Positions 1-9,944 are shown, numbered from the stretch's first letter. The stretch is DNA of 64,000 nt from Candidatus Bathyarchaeota archaeon (GCA_963815095.1 CAWFFH010000003.1:352001-416000); one strand, 5' to 3'. Notes: generated by a model not told the origin, from the sequence alone. Program-made: numbers and translations.

Positions 1-20
1 TGTGACTTCGTTTTGTTGAT

Positions 21-60
21 AGAAGTAGTCGTCGTTAAGGCGCCTAAGACTACTACTTCT
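21..60. repeat. Inverted repeat / stem-loop
   Basis: agaagtagtcgtc (21-33) pairs with gactactacttct (48-60) at 12/13 positions; inner near-palindrome ttaaggcgcctaa. Confidence 0.7.
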
Positions 61-302
61 ATTGAAATACCCTTATCACAAGCTGTTGAAGACAAGATAA
101 GATTGAGCGCTTCTGCATAAGTGCAGATATAGACTTCATTGCAACGCATTGATGATAACTAAAAAGTTGTTTATGACAACGATGACAAGAAAAAGAACAA
201 CGGCGACATAAGAAACTCAACGTATTATGCGCGAAAGGATTCACTTGTTCTATTCGCCCTGCCAAGAAGGATTCTTTCCGCGAATACAAAAAATCTCCCG
301 TG

Positions 303-415
303 TGCAAACTCATGTTGCAGCAGTATCAGTAGCAGCAACTTGGGTTTCCTCGTAACTTTTTAACTCTGATTGTTGCAACCGCTCAACAGAAAGCAGATGA
401 AAACAACAACTTCTC
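303..415. repeat. Dispersed intergenic repeat, copy A
   Basis: Aligns by eye with 43802-43913; shared blocks cagcaactt, cgtaacttttt, gttgcaaccgctc, acagaa, aacaacaacttctc. Confidence 0.8.
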
Positions 416-469
416 CCATACCCAGCAGTTATTTTAGCATCGTTAAAAAAATTGGAACAATGGAAAGGT

Positions 470-1273
470 TTAGTGGGAGTATAGTTTTTCGTAGGGTCGC
501 TTTGAGAGGGGCAGTATCTTCTTGAAGTTGCTGTTAAGGATTGCTTTGGGGTCGGCACCGAAGTTGCTACAGTACTCGTTGACCAAGCTTTCGATTGTTT
601 GCATGTCGCGTTTGCCCACAGGAAGGGTTTTGGTTCCGGCTTCGGGTTCGAGGATGTCGCCGCGCTCGTATATTACTCCTCCGTGCATACCTGTTCCGAC
701 GAATCGTGCTACGCATTTTTCGCCCTCTTTGAGGGTTAAACCCAAGATAAGGATTACTCCACCTGCCATGTACTCTGCGAGGAAGTCGCCTGCCGTTTCC
801 CCGATGACGATTTGGGGTATTTTCCGTTGGTACTCCTTCATGTGAATGCCGACTCGGTAGCCGACGTAGTCTTTAACGAAGATTTTGCCGCCTCGCATCG
901 AGTGCCCAGTTAAGTCTCCAGCATGGCCGTGGACAATTATTTGTCCGTCGTTCATGGTGTTTCCGCTGGCGTCCTGAGCGCTGCCATGGATTACTAGTTT
1001 GGGTCCGCTCATGAATGCTCCAAGGTCGTTACCTGGCGTTCCGTAGATGTCGATTTGGATTTTGGTGTCAAGGTCTGTGCCGAGGTATCTTTGTCCGCAA
1101 ACATTGTGCAGTTCAATGCGTTCCGCGTCAGTGGTGATTACTGCTCTAAGCAAACTGTTAAGTTCTTTGTAGTGGAGTTCATCCGCGTTGATTTTGACGA
1201 CTTTATCTTCGTTTTTAATTCGGAATTGGTATTTTGCTTCTATTTCTATAGGTTTACTTTCTTCTTGCTGCAT
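470..1273 (-). CDS. Glutamate synthase GXGXG-domain subunit (GltB3-like)
   Basis: GQRYLG, GTPGNDLGAFM, GDFLAEYMAGG, GTGMHGG motifs; last gene of the glt operon. Confidence 0.92.
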   Translation of the reverse strand: MQQEESKPIEIEAKYQFRIKNEDKVVKINADELHYKELNSLLRAVITTDAERIELHNVCGQRYLGTDLDTKIQIDIYGTPGNDLGAFMSGPKLVIHGSAQDASGNTMNDGQIIVHGHAGDLTGHSMRGGKIFVKDYVGYRVGIHMKEYQRKIPQIVIGETAGDFLAEYMAGGVILILGLTLKEGEKCVARFVGTGMHGGVIYERGDILEPEAGTKTLPVGKRDMQTIESLVNEYCSNFGADPKAILNSNFKKILPLSKRPYEKLYSH

Positions 1274-1277
1274 TTCT

Positions 1278-2789
1278 TTATGCTCCTGCCATTTTAACCC
1301 CTAAAATCTTAAGCTCAGTTTTGGTTAAACCAACACCTCTAAGTGCCAAGCGGTTACCACGTAAGCTTTCGATAGCGTTTATGCCCATGCCGCCCATCAT
1401 GTCTTTAATCTCGAGGCTCCAGCTGTTGAGCAGATTCACGAGTCGTTTGGATGCGATATCGGGGTTTATGCGTTTGCTAATCCATGGGTCACTTGTCGCG
1501 ATTCCCCAGGGACATTTCCCTGTGTAGCAGCGTTGGCAAACCGTGCATCCTATGGATATCAAAGCTGCCGTTGCAATGTACACTGCGTCTGCGCCTAGCG
1601 CTATGGCTTTTATGACGTCTGCGCTGCTGCGTATGCCTCCAGCCGCTACCACGGAAGCATTGTTTCTGATTCCTTCTTCGCGAAGGCGTTGATCCACTTG
1701 GGCTATTGCTAATTCGATAGGTATCCCTACGTTGTCTCGGATGACTTTGGGTGCTGCGCCGGTTGCGCCTCGAACGCCGTCGAGAGCGATTATGTCTGCT
1801 CCAGCCCGAACCATGCCGCTTGCGATTGCGGGGGCATTGTGAACGGCTGCTATTTTAACAGAGATAGGTTTGGTGTAGTTTGTGGCTTCTTTAAGAGCGT
1901 AGATTAGCTGTCTTAGGTCTTCGATTGAGTAGATGTCGTGTTGAGGTGCAGGGGAGAGTGCATCAGTGCCTTGTGGAATCATACGTGTTTTGGCGACATG
2001 CTCGGTGACTTTTTCGCCTGGAAGGTGACCGCCGATTCCTGGTTTTGCACCTTGACCGATTTTGATTTCAACTGCTGCACCGGCATCAAGGTAGTTGGCA
2101 TGCACTCCAAATCTGCCGGAAGCAACCTGCACAATGGTATTTGAGCCGTATTTGTATAGACTTTTATCTAAACCACCTTCACCTGTGTTCCAGTATGTGC
2201 CACATTCGGTTGCTGCACGCGCTAAAGATTCATGAGTGTTTAAACTAATAGCGCCGTACGACATGGCAGAGAACATTATTGGAGTGTCTAAGCAAAGTTG
2301 CGGAGCAAGCTGGGTCTTTAAAGTGATTTCGCCGTTTTCTGCTGCCAAGTCTATTCGATCTGGTTTTGCACCAAGGTATGTGCGGATTTCCATGGGTTCC
2401 CGTAGTGGGTCAATTGATGGGTTGGTGACTTGGCTTGCGTTTAGCAGTAAGCGGTCCCAGTAAGTGTAGTCTGGTTTGTCGCAGCCCATGCCAGTTAAGA
2501 TTACTCCGCCGGTTTCTGCTTGTTTTTTCACGTCGCGGATTGCTTCCATTCTCCAGTTAGCGTTCTCTCGGCTGACGTTGGGGTTCTTTTTGATGGTTAT
2601 GGCGTGGGTTGGGCAGAAGGTTACGCATCGCTGGCAGTTGACACAGTTTTCATCTTTGCTACAGACAGTGTCGGTTTCTTGGTCGTAGAAGTGTGTGTCG
2701 TAGGTGCATTGGTTAACGCATACTTTACAGCGAATGCACCGTTTTTCGTCTCGCTCAACGAGATATTCAGGTATTATGTAGGTTTTCAT
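1278..2789 (-). CDS. Glutamate synthase FMN-binding subunit with N-terminal 2x[4Fe-4S] domain (GltB2-like)
   Basis: AMSYGAIS, QVASGRFGV, EIKIGQGAKPGIGGHLPG, CxxCxxC..CP cluster motif; two ferredoxin motifs. Confidence 0.95.
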   Translation of the reverse strand: MKTYIIPEYLVERDEKRCIRCKVCVNQCTYDTHFYDQETDTVCSKDENCVNCQRCVTFCPTHAITIKKNPNVSRENANWRMEAIRDVKKQAETGGVILTGMGCDKPDYTYWDRLLLNASQVTNPSIDPLREPMEIRTYLGAKPDRIDLAAENGEITLKTQLAPQLCLDTPIMFSAMSYGAISLNTHESLARAATECGTYWNTGEGGLDKSLYKYGSNTIVQVASGRFGVHANYLDAGAAVEIKIGQGAKPGIGGHLPGEKVTEHVAKTRMIPQGTDALSPAPQHDIYSIEDLRQLIYALKEATNYTKPISVKIAAVHNAPAIASGMVRAGADIIALDGVRGATGAAPKVIRDNVGIPIELAIAQVDQRLREEGIRNNASVVAAGGIRSSADVIKAIALGADAVYIATAALISIGCTVCQRCYTGKCPWGIATSDPWISKRINPDIASKRLVNLLNSWSLEIKDMMGGMGINAIESLRGNRLALRGVGLTKTELKILGVKMAGA

Positions 2790-3928
2790 TACATTACGCC
2801 TCCAGCGAGGATTTCAGCAGCACGTTTACTGTTATTATTTAATCTGGCAACCACAGGTTCGCCGCCTCTTGGACACCAGAACTTATCTAGGTTCGGAGAA
2901 ACCAGCCGCATAGCTGACTCCTCAGAGGACAAGTACAGGTAGTCGCCATTTGTGCCAGCAACCAGTGGTCGCAGCTTGATTCGGTCAGTTAATCCAATCA
3001 TTTCGCCATGATGGGCGATGACTATGCTGAAGGGCCCGTTCATCAGTAGGCTGCCGTAAGTTTGGCGCAGAGTTCTTAGTAATTGTGCTTGTTTGGGTTC
3101 CATGCAGTCAATTTCGCTCCATAGGGGTGAAGCAAAAATTTGGGCTACTAACTCAATTGGTAAGTGTTGTCTGCGCATCAGTAAATCAACTGCGTAAGCT
3201 AATACTTCGGTGTCTGTTTGCATGGTGCATTTGTAGCCAAACATTTCTATGTATCTGCGGTTAATGCCATAGGATGAGAGCTCACCGTTGTGTACAACTG
3301 TCCAGTCTAAGATGTTGAATGGGTGTGCTCCCCCCCACCAGCCAGGAGTGTTCGTTGGGAATCGGCTGTGGCAAGACCAAAGGTACCCTTCGTATTCGTC
3401 TAAACAGAAGAATTCTGCAACGTCTTCAGGGAAACCAACACCTTTGAAGACACCCATGTCTTTGCCACTTGAGAAGACAAATGCCTTGCCCGTCTCCGTG
3501 TTGATGTGCATGATAGCTTCTATGAGGTAGTCTTCTTCTGTTTGGTTTTCTGGGCGTTGTTTTTTGGGTTGTACAAAGTAACGCCAGACTTGTGGTGGGT
3601 CCCGTACGTTGGCTGGTTTTGTCTGCATCTCTTCGTCGTAGACTATGTCGAATTTTGAAGCGAGTATGCGGTCAGTTTTTTCTTTCGCGTCCTTACTTAG
3701 GTACATTATGTGGAATGCGTAGTGGTCTTTGAAGTCGGGGTATATTCCGTAGACTGCGAAGCCGCCGCCTAAGCCGTTTCCGCGGTCATGCATGTTTGCC
3801 ATGGCTCGCACTGGATCTTTTGAGCCGAAGCGTTTACCGTCTTTATTCATGGCGGCGAAGATGCCACAGGCTGAGAAGTCTTTGTCGTCGTTGTATGGAT
3901 TGATTATTTTTTGATCGTTTTGATTCAT
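2789..3928 (-). CDS. Class II glutamine amidotransferase subunit (GltB1-like)
   Basis: ACGIF (nucleophile Cys after a propeptide), HSRFPTNT, HPF, VHNGEL, TDTEV, DRIKLRP. Confidence 0.93.
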   Translation of the reverse strand: MNQNDQKIINPYNDDKDFSACGIFAAMNKDGKRFGSKDPVRAMANMHDRGNGLGGGFAVYGIYPDFKDHYAFHIMYLSKDAKEKTDRILASKFDIVYDEEMQTKPANVRDPPQVWRYFVQPKKQRPENQTEEDYLIEAIMHINTETGKAFVFSSGKDMGVFKGVGFPEDVAEFFCLDEYEGYLWSCHSRFPTNTPGWWGGAHPFNILDWTVVHNGELSSYGINRRYIEMFGYKCTMQTDTEVLAYAVDLLMRRQHLPIELVAQIFASPLWSEIDCMEPKQAQLLRTLRQTYGSLLMNGPFSIVIAHHGEMIGLTDRIKLRPLVAGTNGDYLYLSSEESAMRLVSPNLDKFWCPRGGEPVVARLNNNSKRAAEILAGGVM

Positions 3929-5208
3929 TGTACCACACTCATTTTTCTTTGTAGTCCAGCAGGTAAAACCGCTAAGCCGAAGTCGTCTCTTAATAGATCT
4001 TGTTTAAACTTCTTCACGTTAACTTGGTTCTTCATTAGGTTGAAGAGGATTCCAGCGCGATCTATGCAGTTTACCAGTGTCATGCCAACGATTACGTTGT
4101 TTTTAAGAACCAACTTCTTGTACACGTTGTTCTCGGTATCCTTTTTAACTAAGATTTCGAGCGTTGGTTCTTCTGGTTTTGGGTTTGCCATACCGATGGA
4201 GACGATGGGCATGCCAAAGTACTTGAGGCTGCTCATGTTAGTGCCGCCTTCATAACTGGTTTTTGTGCCTGCCATGTTGGAGCCTGCAACTCTGCCCTCC
4301 AAAACCGCTAAAGGCCAAAGCGGCAAAAGGCGGTTCTGGTTAAGGATGAAATCGTAAGCTTCCGCAACGTCGCCGCTTGCGTAAACATCGGGAACATTGG
4401 TTTGCATGAAGTTATCAACCACGATGCCTCGGTTTATTTTCACCGCGGTTCCAGCAACAAGTTCGGTTCGCGGAATAACTCCTATGGCTACAATAACTAG
4501 GTCGCAGGGAACTTGATCGCCTTTGGTTAAGATTACTCCGCCGACAACACCGTCATTCTCGGGTTTACCGATGATTTTTTGCACAGATTGACCGGTTGCA
4601 AAGTTTACACCTGCCTTTCGTATAACGGCTTCTACGATATCTGAGGCTTTAGCATCTAAAAGTAAACTTAGGATTTTTTCCTGAAGTTCTACAACTGTGA
4701 CTTTTAAGCCGCGTTTCATGAGGGCTTCGGTTACGCTTATGCCAATTAATCCTGCGCCGATAACCACTGCGCTCTTGGCGTGAATACTGTCAATCTTTGC
4801 GGCTAAATGTTGGGCATCCGCGATGCTTGTGAATGTGAATACGCCATCTTTGTCTTGGCCTTCCATTTTTGGAACAAAGGGTTTGCCGCCTGTTGCAAGC
4901 AAAAGTTTTTCATAAACTACTTTTTCGCCATCTTCTAAGTTGACGGTTTTTTCAGTTAGATTTAGACTTACGGCTTTTTTCCCTAAACGTGCTTCGACGT
5001 TGTTTATTTTCCAGAAGTCGTCGGTTTTGCACTTCATTTTTTGCATGTCTGCTTTGAGACTGACTAAGTCGCTAATCATTGGGCGACTGTAGTGAGCGCA
5101 TGCTTCTTCAGTAATTACAGTTACTGTGCCGACTGGGTCTACTTTTCGTATAGCTTCAACTGCTGCTATGCCGGCTGCTGAAGCGCCTATAATCACATAC
5201 TTCACCAT
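3925..5208 (-). CDS. FAD-dependent pyridine nucleotide oxidoreductase (probable electron-input subunit)
   Basis: IIGASAAG, LLLATGG, VIGAGLIG, TNVPDVYASGD motifs. Confidence 0.88.
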   Translation of the reverse strand: MVKYVIIGASAAGIAAVEAIRKVDPVGTVTVITEEACAHYSRPMISDLVSLKADMQKMKCKTDDFWKINNVEARLGKKAVSLNLTEKTVNLEDGEKVVYEKLLLATGGKPFVPKMEGQDKDGVFTFTSIADAQHLAAKIDSIHAKSAVVIGAGLIGISVTEALMKRGLKVTVVELQEKILSLLLDAKASDIVEAVIRKAGVNFATGQSVQKIIGKPENDGVVGGVILTKGDQVPCDLVIVAIGVIPRTELVAGTAVKINRGIVVDNFMQTNVPDVYASGDVAEAYDFILNQNRLLPLWPLAVLEGRVAGSNMAGTKTSYEGGTNMSSLKYFGMPIVSIGMANPKPEEPTLEILVKKDTENNVYKKLVLKNNVIVGMTLVNCIDRAGILFNLMKNQVNVKKFKQDLLRDDFGLAVLPAGLQRKMSVVQ

Positions 5209-5651
5209 TAGGATTTTACCTCCTTAAATACCAAGGCTTGGTTGGGGCAGTTGGCAACGCATGCTGGCTCGGCTTGATCTTGGCAGAGGTCACATTTAGC
5301 AACAACTTTACCTTCTTTATCCATAATCAAAGCGCCATATGGACAAACCATAACACAGGTCCAGCATCCCATGCATTTGTCTTTGTTGTGGATGACTTCG
5401 CCTGTTTTGGGGTCTTTTTGCATAGCGCCCGATAGACAGGCGGTTACGCAGGGCGCGTCTTCGCAGTGCCGGCATTGGATGGCAAACGAGACGGGTTTGT
5501 TGACTTCTCGTCTGATTCTAGCTATGGGTTTGGGTTGTTCGCTGTTGTATGCTTTGACTATGTCTTTTGATTTTGAATGTGCAGTGGTGCAATATACTTC
5601 GCATAGTCCACAGCCCATGCAAGCTTCTTGCTTTGCAATTATTTTTTTCAT
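5208..5651 (-). CDS. 4Fe-4S dicluster protein (CooF/HydN-like)
   Basis: Four Cys clusters: CMGCGLC, CRHC..C, CMGCWTC, CDLC..C. Confidence 0.92.
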   Translation of the reverse strand: MKKIIAKQEACMGCGLCEVYCTTAHSKSKDIVKAYNSEQPKPIARIRREVNKPVSFAIQCRHCEDAPCVTACLSGAMQKDPKTGEVIHNKDKCMGCWTCVMVCPYGALIMDKEGKVVAKCDLCQDQAEPACVANCPNQALVFKEVKS

Positions 5652-5675
5652 ACCTTAAATTTCCCCTTTTGGTGT

Positions 5676-5795
5676 TTAGCGCGGACAAGTGAGCATTAGT
5701 ACATGGAGTTCGATGTCGTTTGTGCATAGAATGCCCCGGCTTGTCGTTGCTTGATTACCGTTTAATATTACTATTTTACAACTGTTTAGAGCCAT
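5676..5795 (-). CDS. Putative 39-aa leader ORF (MALNSCKIVILNGNQATTSRGILCTNDIELHVLMLTCPR)
   Basis: Open ATG..TAA frame between the TATA box and the ferredoxin gene; no homology evidence. Confidence 0.3.
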   Translation of the reverse strand: MALNSCKIVILNGNQATTSRGILCTNDIELHVLMLTCPR

Positions 5796-5840
5796 TTTTT
5801 TTCTCTCTTTTTTGGGAGTGCCCATTCAATAGCATGTTTT

Positions 5841-5852
5841 CTATATAACTTT
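5841..5852 (-). promoter_or_regulatory. BRE/TATA for the glutamate synthase operon
   Basis: Minus strand reads aaagTTATATAG. Confidence 0.55.
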
Positions 5853-5863
5853 GTTGTTAATCA

Positions 5864-5905
5864 TTTATATGCAACTTAATGAAATATGTAATGTATACGA
5901 AACAT
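5864..5905 (+). promoter_or_regulatory. TATA box plus imperfect palindrome upstream of the PhoU-like gene
   Basis: TTTATATG at 5864-5871; ATGTaatGTATACgaaACAT at 5886-5905. Confidence 0.45.
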
Positions 5906-5924
5906 TTACCAAAGGTGTAAGTTA

Positions 5925-7028
5925 ATGGTTGAAAAAGACCTTGGATACAGGCGTGTCCAATGCACAGGCAGAGGATCATACATAATATCCCTTCCAAAAG
6001 AGTGGGTAGAGGACCTAGATTTGAACAGAGGCAGCGAAATCGCCTTCAACATCCAACCCGACTCCACCCTTACTCTGGTTCCAAGAAAAATCATGGAAAA
6101 AGAAGGAAGAGAAAACGGCTCCAAACCAAAAGAATACTACATAAACATAGACCCTAAAGAACCCCCACAATCCACAATACGAATGATACGCGCCCTCTAC
6201 GCTATAGGCGCCGACATAATTAGAATCCACTTCAAAAACATTCCCGACGCGACCAAAAACAAAAACGAAATAAAAAACCTGGCACGAGACAACTTTTTAG
6301 GCTCAGAAATCATCGACGAAACCCAAGACGAAATCACACTCCAAATCCTAATAAAACACTCAGAATTCCCGATAGAAAAAGCCGTCCGAAGAATGGCCAT
6401 CGTCGCGTTAGCTGCAAATAGAGACGCCATAGCCGCTCTAAAAGACAAAAACAGTGCTCTAATAGATAGCGTCAAAAGCGCCCACAACGACGTAAACCGC
6501 CTCGGACTATACATCGTTCGCCAACTAAAACATGGAATAGAACGAAACCTCTACCGTGAACTTGGCTTTAGAACACCTAAAGAATTCCTTCTCTACCGCA
6601 TAGCCGTAAACGACATAGAAAGCATCGCCCAAAATGCCATGAATATCATAAACAATCTTGGCACACTCCAAAAGCTAATTGACGACCAAACCTTATTCCT
6701 AAAAGACCCTATAGACGAGGAAATCTACAATCAACTAGTCTATTTCAGCTCCCAAGCCCACCAACTCTACGACGACTCCATTAAAGCATTGTTTAAACGG
6801 GACTACAAAGACGCAGAAAAACTAATTTCCAAACGCGAAGCACTCTTTCCACTCGAAAACGAATTAATCTTGCTCATGTCAAGCAAAAAACTCGACCCAA
6901 ACATTGCCTCAGTCCTAAGGTTAATCTTTGAAAGCTCTAGACGTGTAATGGATTACAGCCGAAACATGGCTGAGTTAACTCTTAACCGAACCGTAGAAGA
7001 ACTCTGCTCAACACTCACATACAAATAA
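5925..7028 (+). CDS. AbrB-PhoU domain regulator (archaeal phosphate uptake regulator family)
   Basis: N-terminal RRVQCTGRGSYIISLPKEW AbrB motif followed by PhoU helical repeats. Confidence 0.88.
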   Translation: MVEKDLGYRRVQCTGRGSYIISLPKEWVEDLDLNRGSEIAFNIQPDSTLTLVPRKIMEKEGRENGSKPKEYYINIDPKEPPQSTIRMIRALYAIGADIIRIHFKNIPDATKNKNEIKNLARDNFLGSEIIDETQDEITLQILIKHSEFPIEKAVRRMAIVALAANRDAIAALKDKNSALIDSVKSAHNDVNRLGLYIVRQLKHGIERNLYRELGFRTPKEFLLYRIAVNDIESIAQNAMNIINNLGTLQKLIDDQTLFLKDPIDEEIYNQLVYFSSQAHQLYDDSIKALFKRDYKDAEKLISKREALFPLENELILLMSSKKLDPNIASVLRLIFESSRRVMDYSRNMAELTLNRTVEELCSTLTYK

Positions 7029-7051
7029 TTTTTCTAGATGTCTATATTAAT

Positions 7052-7129
7052 TGGTGCTCCGGCCGGGATTTGGACCCGGGTCGCTGACTCGAGAGGCCAA
7101 CATACTTGACCGGACTATACTACCGGAGC
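7052..7129 (-). tRNA. tRNA-Glu(CTC), no intron, CCA encoded
   Basis: Reverse complement: GCTCCGG acceptor stem, TTGGC-CT CTC GA-GTCAG anticodon arm, CCGGG-TCCAAAT-CCCGG T arm, ACCA end. Confidence 0.95.
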
Positions 7130-7197
7130 GCAACGTAGCGTACATACTGATTTCTCCTGTATTAATTTACCTTCCCCTCAAATTCAATGGCTCATTT

Positions 7198-8172
7198 CTA
7201 AGAGTTAGGTAGCTTGCGGTTTGATGAGTTACTGGGCTTCGGCTTTGGTTGGAGTAAATGTTTGGGCAGTAGGCGACGGGATAGGTAGAATGCAATTCCC
7301 ACTATTATGAGCGTTATGACTATCGGTAGAAAAGATGGCAACTCAACATGGAAGGCTTCAATCATCATGAAAAGCCCCAGAAAACCAATGGAGGTCATGG
7401 CTCCGTTCTTTAGATATTTGTATTTAGCAATGGTATCTATCCCTTTGATGGTTAATTCTCTGACTACTATTGCGCCAATTCCGATACCTATCAAAATCAA
7501 AATCAAATTGATTGTGAAAGCAAACGCGCCAATAACGCCATCAAAACTAAAAGTCATGTCCAAAACTTCGAGATAAACAAACTTGGAAAGGTCACTCATG
7601 CCGCTTGCGCCAGCGACTAGGTTACGTTCGCTTTCTTCTGCTGTTTCCTTTAACCCGTAGATTATGAAGAATGTGGCGCTTCCAATTGCCGCCGCAAGCA
7701 TCATCATTGAGCTTGCCCGAGCAAGATACATAACAACAACCAAAATTATAGCGGCGAAAGCGAAGAACCATACACCGTGTTTTTGTTTTAAGAAACGCTC
7801 AATGAACAGCGGATCTTTCTTTTCTAAAAACAGCCAGTGTAGGTAGAGAAAGAGCAGGAACACTCCGCCAAACATAAGAATAATGGGCGTTTGCATTTCA
7901 ATTGCGTTTTTTGCTACTTCGCTCTGTCCCAGAAAAGCTAGGAAGAGGTCTTGAGCTCCAATATTTGGAACAGAAATCCAAACAATAATAAGCGGTAAAA
8001 TAAACCGAACGAGAAATACCGATGTTACGATGCCAATTAGTAGAAACCGTTTCCGCCAAAGAATGCTCATCGTTTTTAGGACACTGGCGTTGACAATAGC
8101 GTTGTCTATGCTGTTGACAACCTCGAACACTATTAGCCCGATCACGATTACAATGTCTTCTACCAGTGACAC
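7198..8172 (-). CDS. DUF475/TerC-like integral membrane protein
   Basis: FEVVNSIDNAIVNA and YLEVLDMTFSFDGVIGAFA motifs; multiple TM segments. Confidence 0.85.
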   Translation of the reverse strand: MSLVEDIVIVIGLIVFEVVNSIDNAIVNASVLKTMSILWRKRFLLIGIVTSVFLVRFILPLIIVWISVPNIGAQDLFLAFLGQSEVAKNAIEMQTPIILMFGGVFLLFLYLHWLFLEKKDPLFIERFLKQKHGVWFFAFAAIILVVVMYLARASSMMMLAAAIGSATFFIIYGLKETAEESERNLVAGASGMSDLSKFVYLEVLDMTFSFDGVIGAFAFTINLILILIGIGIGAIVVRELTIKGIDTIAKYKYLKNGAMTSIGFLGLFMMIEAFHVELPSFLPIVITLIIVGIAFYLSRRLLPKHLLQPKPKPSNSSNRKLPNS

Positions 8173-8294
8173 GATTAAAGCACGTGACAGAATTGAAGAG
8201 TGCCGATATAAAACAGTTTTTAACTAAAACTCAAGGTTGAAGGATAAAAACAAATCTTTTATTTAAAATAAAAAGAAAGTTAAAAGGGGGAAGA

Positions 8295-9944
8295 TTATTC
8301 TTCGCCCATGCCGCCCGGCATTCCGCCTGGGCCACCTGGACCGCCTTTTGGCGATTTAGATGTGATGACGTCATCAATGCGTAGAATCATGGCTGCTGAT
8401 TCAGCTGCGGATTTTATAGCTTGTTCTTTGACTACGATTGGTTCAATTACGCCGTTTTCGATGCTGTTTTGGAGTTTGCCTGTGAATACGTTGATTCCCA
8501 TGTATTTGCCAGTTTCTTTGTCATGTACTTGTCGTAGCTCGACGAGTATATCGATTGGTTCTAACCCTGCGTTTTCTGCGAGTGTGCGTGGGATGACTTC
8601 TACTGCGTCTGCGAAAGCTTCAACTGCTAGTTGTTCTCTTCCGCCGACTTTGGTTGCGTATTTGCGTAGTTCTTTTGCGATTTCGATTTCGACTGCGCCG
8701 CCGCCTGCGACGATTTTGTTGTTTTCTAAGACGTCTGAGACGACTGAGAGTGAATCGGTCATTGCTCTTTCTGCTTCGTCAACGAGACGTTCAAGTCCTG
8801 CTCGGATAAGGATTGCTACTGAGTGTGGGTCTTTGCATTTCTCGACGAAAATCATTTTGTCGTCGCCGATTTTGCGTTCGTCAACTAAGCCTGCGCTGCC
8901 AAGGTCTGCTTTCTTGAGGTCATCGAGGTCGCTGACTATTCTTCCGCCGGTTGCTCTTGCGAGTTTTTCCATGTCGGATTCTTTTACGCGGCGTGCTGCC
9001 ATTATGCCTTCTTTGGATAGGAAGTGTTGTACCATGTCGTCGATGCCTTTTTGGCAGAAGATTACGTCTGCGCCTGAGGCTTTAATTTTTGTAACCATGT
9101 CTTGCATCATGTCGGTTTCTTGGTCTAGGAATGCCTTCATTTGTTTGGGGTCTTTTATGCGGATTTCAGCGGTGATTTCGGTTTTTTCGATTTCTAAGGC
9201 TGAATCTAAGAGTGCGATCTTTGCGTGTTCTTTGGTTTTTGGCATTCCTGGGCTGACGACTTCTTTGTCTATGATTATGCCTTGGATTAGTTGGGTTTCT
9301 AGGAGGCTTTTGCCTGTTTTTTTGACGAGTTGGATGTTGTCAATGTCGGCAATTGTTTTGTCGCCACGTTTTTCTGCGATTTGTGTTACTGCGTCGATAG
9401 ATATTTCTGCTAAGTGTTCTCTTGCTGAACCCAGTGATTTGCTGCTCATTGAGGTTAATGCGACTTTGAGGAGTGTTTTGCGATCGTTTATGTCAAGTGG
9501 AACAGCCATTTTTCCGATGGCTTCGATTGCTTTCACTGATGCTTTTCGATAGCCGCTGACTAGAATTGTTGGGTGAATGTTTTGGTCTAGAAGTTCTTCA
9601 GCTTTTCTGAGCAGTTCACTTGCTAAAACTACTGCGGATGTTGTTCCGTCGCCCACCATGTCATCTTGGGTTTTTGCAATTTCAACCATCATTTTGGCTG
9701 CTGGGTGTTCAACGTCGATTTCTTTGAGTATAGCTGCGCCGTCGTTTGTAATTGTGATGTCGCCTAGGCTGTCGATAAGCATTTTATCCATGCCTCGTGG
9801 ACCTAAAGTGGTTTTTAGCACTTCTCCGATTACTCGTGCGGCCATAATGTTGTTTCTTTGGGCTTCTTTTCCTCGGCTTCTTGTTGTTCCTTCTTTAAGG
9901 ATGAGGACCGGTTGTCCTGAACCTGTTGTTGTTAAATACGCCAT
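8295..9944 (-). CDS. ths: Thermosome (group II chaperonin) subunit
   Basis: [23 protein letters not shown]; Gly/Pro/Met tail. Confidence 0.97.
   Translation of the reverse strand: MAYLTTTGSGQPVLILKEGTTRSRGKEAQRNNIMAARVIGEVLKTTLGPRGMDKMLIDSLGDITITNDGAAILKEIDVEHPAAKMMVEIAKTQDDMVGDGTTSAVVLASELLRKAEELLDQNIHPTILVSGYRKASVKAIEAIGKMAVPLDINDRKTLLKVALTSMSSKSLGSAREHLAEISIDAVTQIAEKRGDKTIADIDNIQLVKKTGKSLLETQLIQGIIIDKEVVSPGMPKTKEHAKIALLDSALEIEKTEITAEIRIKDPKQMKAFLDQETDMMQDMVTKIKASGADVIFCQKGIDDMVQHFLSKEGIMAARRVKESDMEKLARATGGRIVSDLDDLKKADLGSAGLVDERKIGDDKMIFVEKCKDPHSVAILIRAGLERLVDEAERAMTDSLSVVSDVLENNKIVAGGGAVEIEIAKELRKYATKVGGREQLAVEAFADAVEVIPRTLAENAGLEPIDILVELRQVHDKETGKYMGINVFTGKLQNSIENGVIEPIVVKEQAIKSAAESAAMILRIDDVITSKSPKGGPGGPGGMPGGMGEE

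Noticed and set aside
59-558. Short minus-strand ORFs (84 and 82 aa)
   Set aside because: No protein motifs. They overlap the non-coding repeat and the gltB3 3' end.
7030-7200. tRNA as an integration site for a mobile element
   Set aside because: No integrase and no duplicated tRNA 3' end seen in the window; the flanks are ordinary genes.
8308-9552. 414-aa plus-strand ORF (also 9577-9978 and 54496-55047)
   Set aside because: Antisense shadows of the thermosome genes. They are Ser/Ile-rich with no motifs, a common result of codon bias.
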